Shown here: in pieces, positions 48,239-61,045 of the stretch
Layout: the number at the start of each line of letters is the position of its first letter
Position numbering within the stretch: the first letter of the stretch is position 1
Origin: Heteronotia binoei
Lineage: Eukaryota
Direction: 5' to 3'
Assembly (NCBI RefSeq): GCF_032191835.1
Contig: NC_083237.1
Coordinates: forward strand, 19,654,001-19,718,000
DNA: 64,000 nucleotides
The notes under the pieces: model-generated
What the model was told of the DNA's origin: nothing
What the model saw: the letters and a program-made list of their open reading frames with translations, nothing else
Database searches by the model: none
Position numbers and translations under genes: made by a program

Positions 48239-48809
48239 GCCGTCCACATTCAACAGCCTCAGATTAGCTCAGACTCACAGCTTCTTTGGAAAAGAAGGCA
48301 AACAAATAATCTGCATTCCTCCCAAAGGAAGATGACCCTGAATGTAAAATGATCCTCCCCAGCAAAGTTATACACAAAGGGTTTTTAAAAGAAAAACTGC
48401 TTACATAACTGTAACTTGTACACAAATTTCAGTGGGTACTGGGGTTGCCAGCCTCCAGGTGATACCTGGAAATCTGGAATGACAGCCGATCTCCAGACTG
48501 CAGTTATAAGGTCCCCTGCAGAAAGGGATTCTGCTGCTTTTGGGTGGGTTCTGTAGCACACGGAAGGTTTTCTAGTGGCTGTCAGGGTTGCCAACTCTGA
48601 GTTGGGTGATTTCTGGAGATTTAGGGGTGGGGAGGGAGGGAGGGGTTTAGGGAGAGGAGGGACTGCAGTAAGGTAGAAGTCCATGAAGCCCACACTCTGA
48701 AGCCGCCGTTTTCTCCATAGCAAAGTTCTTTGGAGATCAATTGTGATTCCGGGAGATCTCCACACCCTACCTGGTTGATGGCAACCCTAGGCTTTGGGAA
48801 TGTACTCGG

Positions 48810-49418
48810 TAGGGTTGCCAAGTCCAATTCAAGAAATATCTGGGGACTTTGGGGGTGGAGCCAGGAGACTTTGGGGGTGGAGCCAGGAGACATTGGGGCG
48901 GAGCCAGGAACAAGAGTGTGACAAGCATAATTGAACTCCAAGAGAGTTCTGGCCATCACATTTAAAGGGACAGCACACCTTTTTAAATGTCTTCCTTCCA
49001 TAGGAAATAATGAAGGATAAGGGCACCTTCTTTTGGGGCTCATAGAATTGGACCCCCTGGTCCAATCGTTTTGAAATTTGGGGGATACTTTGGGGAGAGG
49101 CACTAGATACTATATTGAAAATTTGGTGCCTCTACCTCAAAAAACAGCTCCCCCAGAGCCCCCGAAACCTCCAGATCAATTCCCCATTATACCCTATGAG
49201 AAGACGTTTCCCTCTCCACCCCCCTCCCCCCCCGCCCCCCCCCCCTTTCTGGGAAATCTGATGCAGGAGACAGTACTCACTCACCTCCGGAGGTGCAAAG
49301 GCACATGGTCCTTTGGGGGCCGTTCTCCCCCCCCCCCCGCTTTCCCTTTTATGGCCAGCGGGAGGAGGAGGCTCCAAATCGGGGGTCTCCAGGCCTAGCG
49401 GGGGATTTGGGACCCCTA
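48810..49418. mobile_element. hAT element (TAGGGTTGCCA TIR), D-specific
   Basis: Perfect TSD GTACTCGG. Confidence 0.85.
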
Positions 49419-50079
49419 GTACTCGGGCCTAACAAATCACTACCTACAAAATGCGAAAGAGAGGAGTAAATGAAAATATGGAACTCTCTCTCTCTTTTTA
49501 CCACTAGAAGACATTTGTCTTTTTCATAGAATGGCATAGTGGTGTGGTGTAGTGGTTAGGACTGTAATGTGGAGAACTGTGTTTGATTCCCACTGTCTTC
49601 CACATGAGGCCTGCTGGGTGACCTTCGGCTAGTCACAGTTCTCCCAGAGCTCTCTCGGCCCCACCTATCTCACAGGGTGCCTGTTGTGGGGAGAGGAAGG
49701 GAAGGAGATTGTAAGCCGCTCTGAGACTCCTTCAGGGAGAGAAAAGCAGCGTATAAAAACCGTCTCTTTTTCTGGTCTTCTTCAACGGTGGGCAAGCTTT
49801 CTGCCACACCTTGATTAATAATTGAGAAGGCCACCAAATTGCTTCAGGGGCCCAATCCAGCCCAGGGATCCCAGGGGAACGCGAGCATCCCTTCAGCTTG
49901 ACCACTGGTCTACTTAGCCCACTACAGTCTACTCTTGCTGGGGGCTGGCCTCCCTTGCCCGAGGTAGTAGAGACCTTCTCAGTCCCCTTCCCCAGATTCT
50001 TACTGCCGGGGCTAGACAGATTCTGACAGGTAGCAGTTTTGACTGACAATCTATCCAAAACAAGCTGTTAGCTTTTTCT

Positions 50080-50737
50080 TTGGGCTCTTTAGCTTGGAGA
50101 AATGAAGACTGAGGGGCGACATGAAAGAGGTTTACAAGATTATGCAAGCGATAGAGAAGGTAGAGAGAGATGGACTTTTCACCCTTTCACTCAATGCAAG
50201 AACTTGTGGACACTCAATGAAATCACTGAGCAGTCGGGTTAGAACGGATAAGGAAGTACTTCTTCACCCAAAGGGTGATTAACACATGGAATTTACTGCC
50301 ACAGAAGGTGGCGGCTGCCTGCAAGCATAGATGGCTGCAAGAGGGGATTGGATAAACATATGGAGCAGAGGTCCATCAGTGGCTATTAGCCACAATGTAT
50401 TGATGAAACTCTCTGTCTGGGCAGTAATGCTCTGTATTCTTGGTGCTTGGGAGGGGCAACAGTGTGAGGACTTCTAGTGTCCTGGCCCCACTGATGGACC
50501 TCCTGATGGCACCTGGGTGTTTGTTTGTTTTTTGGCCACTGTGCGACACAGAGTATTGGACTGGATGGGCCATTGGCCTGATCCAACATGGCTCCTCTTA
50601 TGTTCTTACGTGACACAGAGTGTTGGACTGGATGGGCCATTGGCTTGATCCAACATGGCTTCTCTTATGTTCTTGCGTGACACAGAGTGTTGGACTGGAT
50701 GGGCCATTGGCCTGATCCAACATGGCTTCTCTTATGT
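50080..50737 (+). mobile_element. CR1 3' fragment with a triplicated ~64-bp terminal unit, D-specific
   Basis: Decayed ORF2 end (FSLE..RLRGDM..VYKIMQ...YFFTQRVINTWNLLP); three copies of gacacagagt(g/a)ttggactggatgggccattgg...cttatgt. Confidence 0.8.
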
Positions 50738-51383
50738 ACCTTTGGATGAAGCAAACAAGTTGAAAGTTAAATATATCCCATGTAAACATCTGGTTATATC
50801 CCAGGAAACAATGAGATGGTTGTCCTGACAGGTAGCTATTTCAAACAGGTCTTCCGTTAAAAACATCTCTACTTTTGCTCTGGTCAGTGAACAGAAGCAG
50901 ATCCTGGTGGTGAAGAAGTGTGACTGAAGCAAGCAGCCCTCTGAAGATTAAGCTATGGGGCCTCTGCCTCAGTGAAGGTTGATGCAAATTCAGGTTAGGC
51001 CCTGGTTTTTAGATAAGGATGCCAATGTCCAGGTGAGGTTTAGAGGTCTCCAAGAACTGCAATGTATCACCAGACTTCAGAGTGCTCCAGAGAAAATGGC
51101 ACCTTTGGAGGGTGGACTCTATGGCTGGATACCAGCTGAAATCCCTCCCCAAATTTCCCCCTTCCCAGGTTCCACCCTCAAATCTTTAGAATTTCCCAAT
51201 CTAGAGCAGGCAACCCTCTCTTTAGGAGCAAGGGCTGACCTTTTTCTTCTCTTCCTTTTGTGAGATTTCAAACCACCTAGGGCCACATTTCAACTGGGCA
51301 GAAAGTTGCTACATGCCGGGTTACTAAACGGGGAACTTAGAGGGCTGGAACTTCTTCTGACAACCACAGGCTCTCCACCACTG

Positions 51384-51498
51384 GTAAGTGCTGACTGGCC
51401 TTATATAGCAGGAACCCTAGAAGGCAGCCAGGCCTAAGACTGGGATTCTCAGCAGTTCTTCTTGAAGGAAGCCGAGAGCGCACACAGATTGGGTGAGT
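51384..51498 (+). promoter_or_regulatory. Predicted promoter and first exon of gene 4
   Basis: GTAAGT at 51384, TATATAG at 51402-51408, donor GG|GTGAGT at 51493; acceptor AG at 55679-55680. Confidence 0.6.
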
Positions 51499-51684
51499 TC
51501 AATGCCCTCATTCATGTCCTATTTCTAAAGAGGTTGCGCTTGTGGTGGACAACTGACAGGACAGCGAAGGTAGAGAAAGAAGTACTTTTATCCCTTTCCC
51601 ACCATATAAGAACTCATGAGCACCCCAAAAAGTTGCTGAGCAGTAGACTTAGAACAGAGCAAAGGAAGTGCTTCTTCATCCAAA

Positions 51685-51836
51685 GGCTGTAATCACACAC
51701 ACTTAATAGTGCACTTCCAATCCACTTTCAGTGCACTTTCCAACTGGATGTTGCCAGTTCACACAGTCAAATCCAGTTAGAAAGTGCACTGAAAGGTGGA
51801 CTGAAAGTTCACTATTTAGTATGGATGATTGCAGCC
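51685..51836. mobile_element. Palindromic Harbinger-like MITE
   Basis: Ends ggctgtaatc / gattgcagcc; internal dyad symmetry; 3-bp TSD AAA. Confidence 0.65.
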
Positions 51837-54007
51837 AAAGAGTCATTAACAGGTAGAATTCATTGCCAGAGGAAATGGTGGTGGCTACAAGCATAGAGAA
51901 CTTCAAGAGGGATTAGATAAACATATGGATCAGAGGTCCATCAGAAGAACAGATGGAACTGTGTCTGGGGGCAGTGACGCTCCAGATGCTCGGAGGGATT
52001 GCAAGTGATCTCCAGACTACAGAGATCAACTCCCCTGGAGAGAACGGCTGCTTTGAAGGGTGCACTCTATGGTACTCTACCCCAGAAGGGCCCCGTCTCT
52101 TCCCAACTCCCCTCCCCAGGCCCCACCCCCAATTCACCAGGAATTTCCCAGCCTGAAGTTGGCAACCCTGTGTCTCCACCTGCATTCACCATGGCCTGGG
52201 ATTTCAGTAGCTGAGCAGTATTATTTATCTATTTGGGACACTGCCGGCCAGTGTAGACCAATTGTAGAGGGTGGTGGATCAGTCATCTGGGTCTCTATGA
52301 AGCAGCTTCATATATTTACTTCTGGGGGTGCCAGTGGGGGGGGGGATGCAGGAGGGTTCCCCCCTGAGATTCTAGCATGATGTTGGGTTGCCAGCTCCTG
52401 ACCGGGAAATTCCTGGAGATTTGGGGATGCAGCCTGGGGAGGGCAGGGACCTCATTGGGATACAATGTCACAGAGTCCACCCTCCAAGGCAGCCATTTTC
52501 TCCAGGGAAACTGATCTCTGTTGTCTGGAGATCAGTTATAATTCTGGGAGATCTCCAGGTTCTACCTGGAAGATGGCAACCGTAAACAAGAGAGGTTGGT
52601 TGGTATGAAAGGAATCAAATAGCCCCTCTTATTTCTGACAGAACCCTTATGTCCAGGGTCAAAGATTAAGATCTTTGTCAAGTTTAACAGCCCTCCATGG
52701 TATTTCAGTAATTTTTAGGAGTGGGGGATAGGGTTGCCACATCTGTGTTGGAAAATACCTGGAGATGTTGGGGATGGAGATGGAAGAGGGCAGGGTTTGG
52801 GGGAGAGCAGGGGTCACAGTCTAGAGCAATGCCCTAGAATCCACCCTCCAAAGCCACCATTTTCTCCAGGGGAGCTGATCTCTGCCAGCTGGAGATCAGT
52901 TGTAAAAGTGGAGATCTCCAGATCCCACTGGGAGGTTGTTGGTACTGTGACCCTCATAATATCAGCCCCCTAAACTGTAGCTTACAGCTCCATGGCTTAG
53001 AGTGATAAAGCTGCAGTACTGCAGTTTGAGCTCTCTGCTCACGTTCAATTCCAGCGGAAGCTGGGTTCAGATAGATGGCTCCAGGTTGCCGCAGCCTTCC
53101 ATCCTTCCGAGGTTGGTAAAATGAGTACCCAGCTTGCTGGAAGGCAAGGGCAAACCACCCCGTAAAAAAGTCTGCCGTGAAAACAGCATGATGCGATGTT
53201 ACTCCAAAGTCGGAAATGACTGGTGCTTGCACAGGGGATTACCTGTACCTTTTAAAACTGTAGCTTACTTAGTTTGTGCAAAAATCTTAGGGTTGCCAAC
53301 TCCAGTCTGAGAAGTTCCTGGAAATTTGGAGGCAGTGCCTGGGGAAGGCAGTATTTGGGGATGGAGCTCAGAATGATGGATAGGGTGCTGCTGATCCCAC
53401 TATGCAAAGCTGCTATTCCCCTCCCCCCCTGGAGAACAGGTCTCTATAGTTTGGAGTCCAGTTGTAATTCCAGGAGGCCTCCAGCTCCTGCCTGGAATTT
53501 GGCAAAACTTCCTTGCAGTAATTCCGGCAGCATAGGCTGAGGGTCTTTCCTTCTCTGTCCGTTTGGTGTAGTGGTTAAGTGAGCTGGACTGCTGTCTGGG
53601 AGAACCAGGTTTGATTCCCCAGTTCTCCACTTGCAGCTGCTGGAATGGCCTTGGGTCAGCCGTAGCTCTTGCAGAGCTGTCCCTGAAAGGGCAGCTTCTG
53701 GGAGAGCTCTCTAAGCCCCACCTCACTCACAGGGTGTCTGTCGTGGGGGCGTAAAGTGAAGGAGATTGTAAACCACTGTGAGATTCAGAGCGAAGGGCAG
53801 AATATCAATCCGATATCCAGGGGTCGTTTAATAGAAAAAGAGGTGCTGGAGCTCATTGCCACAACTCATTTGCATATGCCACACAGCCCTGACATCACCG
53901 GAAGGTGCACTAAATTATATCAGCTCAGCGTCAAACTTAAAATGTTTCTGTATAATTGCCACAATAAAACCTTGCTCACGTCATACTTTTTCATTTACTT
54001 TCTCCTT

Positions 54008-54475
54008 CAGGGCCGACGCGTGGAAGTAGCCCAAGCAGGCAGCTGCTTAGGGTGCCACTTGGCCTCGGGGTGCCACAAAGTGCCCCCTCTCCCCACGCCT
54101 GCTGCTGTCCTGACTTAGCCGAGGCTTCCCGACGCTTGGGAGGCCTCGGCAAAGTTGGGGCGGGGGGCAGCAGCAAGTGCACTCAGAGCCGGCTCCGTGT
54201 GTTCTAGACTTTGCTGAGGCCTCCCAAGGCTCAGGAGGCCTCGGCAAAGTCATGGGACATTGCAGCGAGCATCCTCAGAGCTGGCTCTGAGCGTGCCTGC
54301 TGCCTTCTGGACTTTGCTGAGGCCTCCCTTGGCAAAGTCAGGGGGTGGGTGACAGTTACGTCATCATGATGTCATTGGGTTGTGCATGCAAAGCGTGTGC
54401 ATATATATTGATTGGGGGGGGGGCAGAGAAGTGGAGTTCGGCCTAGGGTTGCAGGCACCCCTAGCACTGGGCCTG
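54008..54475. mobile_element. hAT MITE (CAGGGCC TIR) with internal tandem subrepeats, D-specific
   Basis: Ends cagggccgacgc / gcactgggcctg; degenerate TSD of ttctccta, which is single in A-C. Confidence 0.7.
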
Positions 54476-54746
54476 TTCTTCTAGGTGGCCACAGTGGCAT
54501 GAGGAAGATTTCCATCTGTCTGCTTTAGATGTTTTGCTTATTTCCCCATTTTTTTGTGGGGAAAAATATGAGAAAGTTTGTCAAATCTTAGGGCTCAGCA
54601 AAATTCTCACAGGGGGTTTGAAAAAGGGAGCCCAGAAGCAAGTATGTTTTTTTATTGGGAGGGGGGAAGAAAGAAGGAGCACAATGAAATGTAGTGGTTC
54701 TGGAGCTCCGCTCCTGGGAGCTCCTGCCCAAAATGAGGCCTGCCAA

Positions 54747-54945
54747 CAGTGCTTTTTTTGTAGAAAAAGTTCAGCAGGAAGTCATTTGCATTGCACATCT
54801 GTAGCATCACCATTGTTTTGCACAGGCCTTTTAAAAAGGAAAAGCCCAGCAAGAACTCATTTGCGTATCAGGCCACACCTCCTGACACCAAGCCAGTCAG
54901 AACTGCATTCCTATGCGTTCCTGCTTAAAAAAAAAAAAAGCCCTG
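54747..54945. mobile_element. Octamer-family hAT MITE, independent reverse-orientation insertion in D
   Basis: TSD CCTGCCAA; one intact ATTTGCAT at 54784. Confidence 0.8.
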
Positions 54946-54952
54946 CCTGCCA

Positions 54953-55644
54953 TAGGCTTGCCAATCCCCAGGTCCTAGTGGGGGTTCTTCCGCTTTCCCA
55001 GGCTCCTTCCCGCCCCCAGTCAGCTGGCAGGAAGGGGAAGCCCCGCCCCCAGAGGACCATGTGCCTTTCCCCCTCCGGTGGCTTCAGTCTCCAATTGAAA
55101 GGCTTCCTCTTGGGATGGTGTGTCTGTGTTACTTTGGAGAAGTTGGCAGCAACTTGTGAGTAGAGAGGCTAATCCCTCGCTTCAGAGTTGCCAGAAATGG
55201 GGGTGGGGGGAGGAAACGGAAACGTCTGCTGAGCATTTCATTATTCCTTTTGTGGAGATCGATTCTCATAGGGAATTGATCTGGAGTTTCGGGGGCTCTG
55301 GGGGAGCTGTTTTTTGAGGTAGAGGAACTAAATTTTCAGTATAGTATCTAGTGCCTATCCCCATAGTACCCCCAAGGTTCAAAAAAATTGGACCAGGGGG
55401 TCCAATTCTATGAGCCCCCAAAGAAGGTGCCCCTATCCTTCATTATTTCCTATGGAAGGAAGACATCTAAAAAGGTGTGCTGTCTCTTTAAATGTGATGG
55501 CCAGAACTCCCTTGGAGTTCAATTCTGCGTGTCATACCCTTGTTCCTGGCTCCATCCCCAACGTCTCCTGGCTCCACCCCCAATGTCTCCTGGCTCCACC
55601 CCCAAAGTCCCCAGATATTTCTTGATTTGGACTTGGCAACCCTA
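54953..55644. mobile_element. hAT element (TAGGGTTGCCA-type TIR) ending 36 bp before exon 2 of gene 4
   Basis: Perfect TSD GCCTGCCA at 54945-54952 and 55645-55652. Confidence 0.85.
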
Positions 55645-55710
55645 GCCTGCCAATATCATCTTCTTCTCTCGCCTTTGCAGGCCAGGAGCTCAGCTCCGAA
55701 GGTCCCGGGG

Positions 55711-56136
55711 ATGTCGCCCTCTGGCTACACCCTTTGCCTCCTGCTCCTGGTGGCGGCCGTCTGGCTGTGGCTGCCCTGCTGCGAAGGCAAGGACTACCGA
55801 GGCTTCCTGAAGAGGCACCAAGACAACCCCAAGTCGAACTACGGCGGCAACAACAACTACTGCTACAACATGATGCGCCGCAAGGGTCTGAAGTGCGCGG
55901 GGAGCAACACCTTCATCCACGCCAGCGAGGAGCAGCTGAAGTCCATCTGCAACTCCAGGGGGCAGATCCTGAAGGGGATCACCACCAGCAAGACCCTCTT
56001 TGCTATCACCGTCTGCCAGCGGCGGAGGAGGGGCTTGCGCTGGAGGCTGTGCAGGTACAAGGGAAAGAGCAAGATCAGGAGGATCCGGGTCATTTGCAAG
56101 AAAGGCCTGCCGGTCCGCTACATCTCCTACCTGTAG
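55711..56136 (+). CDS. RNase A superfamily protein 4 (141 aa; cationic, catalytic Lys/His replaced)
   Basis: FLKRHQD, MMRRKGL, CAGSNTFIH, six Cys, PVRY. Confidence 0.93.
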   Translation: MSPSGYTLCLLLLVAAVWLWLPCCEGKDYRGFLKRHQDNPKSNYGGNNNYCYNMMRRKGLKCAGSNTFIHASEEQLKSICNSRGQILKGITTSKTLFAITVCQRRRRGLRWRLCRYKGKSKIRRIRVICKKGLPVRYISYL

Positions 56137-56441
56137 CCTCATGGGAAAGGTGGCCGCTCCTCCCATTGGGCAGATCAGAGCCCTTGGCTTCTCTGGCCCA
56201 CCGCTCCATGCCCTTGCATCTCTCGCAGCACCCAGAGCTCATCGTAACACTCTGCAGATTATTACCCATTCCTTCAAATATAAGGCCCCAGCTAAGCTGC
56301 TGGCGATGCCTCCTTGCCTCTTTGGGACAAGGACGTAGCACGGCCATGGCGCTCGGCCACGGCGAAAGCCCCAGTTGCTCCTGCAGCCTCCTGAAGGCGT
56401 CTGTCTCGTTCCTGCTTTCCTGCTGCTGCTCCCCCCCATAC

Positions 56442-56447
56442 AATAAA
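56442..56447 (+). terminator. Polyadenylation signal of gene 4
   Basis: AATAAA in the conserved context. Confidence 0.75.
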
Positions 56448-58424
56448 GGCATTTATCATAATGAATGTTGTGTTGATTTCCTTGCACTGGACCGCCCTGT
56501 GGTTTTCTCCCGGAAGATTCGGTTTCAGAATCATAGATTAGCTGTGTCAGTCTGCAGCAGAGCAGCTCGATTTGAGGCTAGGAGCAGCCCATAGAGTCCG
56601 GTAGGTGGTGTCCTAGAGAGGACATTTAGCCCAACCACCTCCTCCATCCAGGAATTCTAAAGCTCCCAACAGAAAACAGTCCAGTTATGATAATGTACTG
56701 TGACCTACAAGATGTAAAAATGGGAGACAAAGGTGGAGAGAAGTGATGTACAGCAGGACTTCTACATTTCAAATGTGAGTTTGAAAAAAAGTCTTAAGGG
56801 GAATGGGGAAGAGGTAGAGGGTTTGCCCTTGGACTTGGAAATGACATCACAGGACAAGAAATCCCAGGGTGTGACATCACATCTGCCTTCTTCCTAGGCT
56901 GCTCCCTCAATGCCACCCTCCCCAGGCAGTGCCCCCAAATCCATATGTTTATCCAATCCCCACAGAGCCCCTCTGGCTTCTCTGGTTCCAGGAAGTTCCC
57001 TGAGCCAGAGTTGGGCCAATGAGGAGTGCAAGCAGACACACAGCCCCTCTTTGGTGACTGGACACCTATCCCTTTAACCAGGGCGCTGGGTGACAGGCAG
57101 GAATTCAGCAGAGGAAAACAGGCCCAGTGGGTGGTCATGATGAGGAAAACTTCACCTGAAGAATTTTTTAAATCCAGAGTGGTCTTGCCAAAGAATACGA
57201 CAACAGCAATGCCCAAGGCCCATACAGGGTCGCCGGCTTCCAGGTGGGTGTAGCACATAGACCCAAGGTATTGTAACCTAATAACTCTAGAACTCAAATG
57301 AATTACAAAACATATACTTCTTAGATCAAAATTCATAACACACCAACAATCAATGCTGAATATAAATGCCCATATATACAGGCGTACAGTATGAAGTTCT
57401 CATGCAAAATGTCTCTCTGTATGAATGAAAAGTCTTTCTACGTACATAAAGAACTTTTAATGCAAAAAAGTCTCTCCATGTTAATGAAGAATCACTCCAA
57501 GTTCATCCAATACCAAAACGGTCGATATCTTCAGTTTTTCATGATACCTTAGGTTAAGTCAAGTCAAGTCAAATTGTATTGTATTAGCCGTTGGCCATAA
57601 CAAGATTGCAAAACTTTCAAGTACTACAAAAAAATATTACAGTAAAATACCAGAAATCTAAAACTACAATTGCATGAGTAAAATGATAGACAATAAGATA
57701 GGAATAAGATAAACTGGTTTACAGGTTAACCCTTATGAGACTGCCCTGGCTCTGATCTTCTTAGCAGCAAAAGCAAAAAGAGCAGCTGTACAGGATGCAA
57801 ATTCATCTATATCTGATAACAAGTACATATGTGTTGCAGTCACTTTGGTGTAACCTTCTCCCTAAGCCTGCAGGTGGGACCTGGAGATCTCCAGCGTTTA
57901 CAACTGCTCTCCAGCTGGCAGAGATCAGCTCCCCTGGAGAAAATGGCTGCTTGGAAGGGTGGCCTCTAGGGCCCCTCCCCAAACCCCGCCCTCTCCCAGC
58001 TCCACCCCCAAGGTCTCCAGGTATTTTCCAACACAGACCTGGCAACCCTAGATGAGAGCCATGATGGGGACCAGGCCAGGATAAAGTTACAATTTCCATG
58101 TTCACCTGTCACAGGGGTGGCCAACGGCAGCTCTCCAGATGTTTTTTTGCCTACAACTCCCATCAGCCCCCAGCCATTGGCCATGCTGGCTGGGGCTGAT
58201 GGGAGTTGTAGGCAAAAAACATCTGGAGAGCTACCATTGGCCACCCCTGACCTATCACATGAAATAACTCATAAAATTAACACAATTGACAAACTGATCT
58301 GTGGTTTTAGAGTTACTAACCTCCTGATGGGGCTTGGAGGTCTCCTGGAATCCCAACTGATCTCCAGTTGACAAAGATCAGCTCCTCTGGAGAATATGGC
58401 TGCTTTAGAAGGTAGCCTCTATGC

Positions 58425-58736
58425 CAGGGGTGGCTACACTGTGGCTCTTTCACACGCATGGTGTGGCTCTTGAAACCCCCACTGCCCCACTGGCTGACTT
58501 GGAGATGGCATTTGTCTCTTAAAATCACTTCTCCAAGGCAGCTTGGAGAATGCATTTGAAGTTAAAGTTGTTTTCTTCCTACACCTCTCTCTTCCCCTTC
58601 CTTCCTTCCTTCCTTCCTTCCTTCCTTCCTTCCTTCCTTGTGGCTCTCAAACATCTGACATTCATGCTTTGTGGCTCTCAAACATTTGACATTTATTCTA
58701 TGTGGCTCTTACTTTAAGCAAGTTTGGCCACCCCTG
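58425..58736. mobile_element. hAT MITE containing a (TTCC)n microsatellite (~58597-58638)
   Basis: Ends caggggtggc / gccacccctg; perfect TSD CTCTATGC. Confidence 0.8.
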
Positions 58737-60240
58737 CTCTATGCCTTAATACCCTGCTGAGGTCCCTTGCTTTCCCCAAATCCCACCCCCAAATCTCAAG
58801 GAATTTCCTAACCTAGCCTAACCAGATGTTCCCAGGGAGCCCACGAACAAGGCATGAAGTAATTGCCCCCTGGCCTAGATGTATTGCCCTAATCCAGGGG
58901 TGGCCAGCGGTAGCTCTCCAGATGTTTTTTGCCTACAACTCCTATCAGCCCCACCCAGCTTGGCTGATGGCTGGGGTTGATGGGAATTGTAGGCAAAAAA
59001 CATCTGGAGAGCTACCTTTGGCCACCCCTGCCTAATCTATCTAGGCTAACCCGATCTAATCAGATCTCAGAAGCTCAATTGGGTGGGCCCTGGATGGTAT
59101 TTGGATGGGAGACCACCAAGGAAGTCCAGGGGAGTGACACGGAGGCAGGCAATGGCAAACCACCCTGAATGTCTCTTGCCTTGAAAAGCCCACCAGGGCT
59201 GTGACTCAACAGTAAACTACCACAACGGCTACTACTGTGGGTCTTATTTAGAAATCTACTGCCTCTAAACCTGGAGGTTCCATTCTGCTGTTGTGACTAA
59301 TATGATCCTTTGGTAGACTCCATGAATTTCCCTGATCCTAGGGTTGCCAACGATGGGCTGGAAAATTCCTGGAGATTTGTGGGCGGACCCTGGGGAGGGT
59401 GGAGTTTGAGGTGGAGAAGGAGCCATCTCAGTGAAGCATAAGGCTGCAGAGTCCACCCTCCAAAGCAACCATTTTATCTGGAGGGGGGCATTCCCCAGGT
59501 GGGGGCAGGGGATCCCCTGGTTTGGAAGCCCTCCCCCCACTTCAGGGTTATCAGAAAGAGTGGGGTTTTTTTGAATGTCCGCAGGGCACTCCATTATACC
59601 CTATAGAGCAGGGGTGGCCAACAGTAGCTCTCCAGATGTTTTTGCCTACAACTCCCATCAGCTCCAGCCAATGACCATGCTGGCTGGGGCTGATGGGAGT
59701 TGTAAGCAAAAAACATCTGGAGAGCTACCGTTGGCCACCTTGCTATAGAGACTGGTCCCCATAGGGAATAATGGAGAATTGATCTGTGAGAATCTGGGAC
59801 TGAGGGGGGTGGGGTCTGTTTTTTGAGCTAGCAGCACCAAATTTTCATCATAGCATCTGGTGCCACTGCTCAAAAAACACTCCAAATTTAAAAAAAGATT
59901 GGAGCAGAGGGTCCAATTCTATGAGCCCCCAAAGAAGGTGCCCCTGTTCTCCATTATTTCCAGTGAAGATAAGGCATTAAAAAGGATCATGGCCCCTTTA
60001 AATGTCATGGCCAGAAGTCCTTTTAGAGTTCAATTGTGCTTGTCACACCCTTGCTCCTGGCTCCACCCCCAAAGTCTCCTGGTTCCACCCTCAAAGTCTC
60101 CTGGCTCCACCCCCAAAGTCCTCAGGTATTTCCTGAGTTGGGCCTGGCAACCCTAAGGGGGACCGATCTCCATTATCGGGAGAAGAAGAAGAAGAATCCC
60201 AGCAAATCTGTAAGCTGCGCCTGGAGGCTGGCTACCCTCT

Positions 60241-60520
60241 GAGAGCCAGTTTGGTGCCGTGGTTAAGTGCGTGGACTCTTATCCGGGAGAACCGGGTTTG
60301 ATTCCCCACTCCTCCACTTGCATCTGCTGGAATGGCCGTGGGTCAGCCATAGCTGTAGCAGAGATTGTCCTCGAAAGGGCAGCTGCTGTGAGAGCCCTCT
60401 CAGCCCCTCCCACTTCACAGGATGTCTGTTGTGGGGGAGGAAGGCAAAGGAGATTGTGAGTTGAGACTCTGATTCAGGGAGAAGGGCTGGGTATAAATCT
60501 GCAATTCTTCTTCTTCTTTT
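60241..60520 (+). mobile_element. Squam3-like SINE
   Basis: gagagccagtttggt head; tataaatctgcaattcttcttc tail. Confidence 0.8.
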
Positions 60521-60833
60521 TACTTCTGGGTAATTACTGGTAACTGGTCTAGATCCCTCCTCATGCTAAACAAACACAATCCTTTATTGGCATATATCAG
60601 ATTATAATTAAGGCAAAAAAAGAGATACAGAAATAACAAAATAAACCAGTCACATACAGCTATAATTGGACAATCGATCCTTGATTACCAGACTCAAGAA
60701 TAAAGCGACCTTTTCAGTCATTTCAGAAGATGGCATACTTTTGCAGCATTTGAGCAACTTGTCATATTGAGCACAATTGGGTCTACAAACCTAAGGCGTA
60801 CAGAATCATATGGGGAGCAGTAAAGAAGAACAT

Positions 60834-61045
60834 GGGGCGGTGGCTCAGTGGTAGAGCATCTGCTTGGTAAGCAGAAGGTTGCAGGTTCAATCCCCGGCAT
60901 CTCCAAATAAAAAGGGTCCAGGCAAATAGGTGTGAAAAACCTCAGCTTGAGACCCTGGAGAGTCGCTGCCAGTCTGAGTAGACAATACTGACTTTGATGG
61001 ACTGAGGGTCTGATTCAGTAGAAGGCAGCTTCACATGTTCACATG
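60834..61045 (+). mobile_element. Full-length Squam2-like tRNA-derived SINE
   Basis: ggggcggtggctcagtggtagagc...ggttcaatccccggcatctcc head; ttcacatg tail. Confidence 0.75.

Larger units (their letters stand above)
44094..56583 (+). repeat. Segmental duplication unit D (most diverged; contains RNase gene 4)
   Basis: Same order of landmarks as A-C; homology ends at gctagga (56583). Confidence 0.85.

Noticed and set aside
55734-56594. 286-aa alternative-frame ORF overlapping gene 4 (also 27198-27686 and 41734-42204)
   Set aside because: Non-ATG starts; Gln/His/Leu-rich as expected from shifted codon bias; interrupted by a stop in gene 1.
56794-57336. 180-aa minus-strand ORF, and a possible first exon or promoter for gene 5 in 56900-57230
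   Set aside because: No recognisable domain, no clear TATA/donor pair, and no paralog to test conservation against.
60834-60905. tRNA gene
   Set aside because: The tRNA-like head continues into a SINE body found elsewhere in the window; no convincing acceptor stem.
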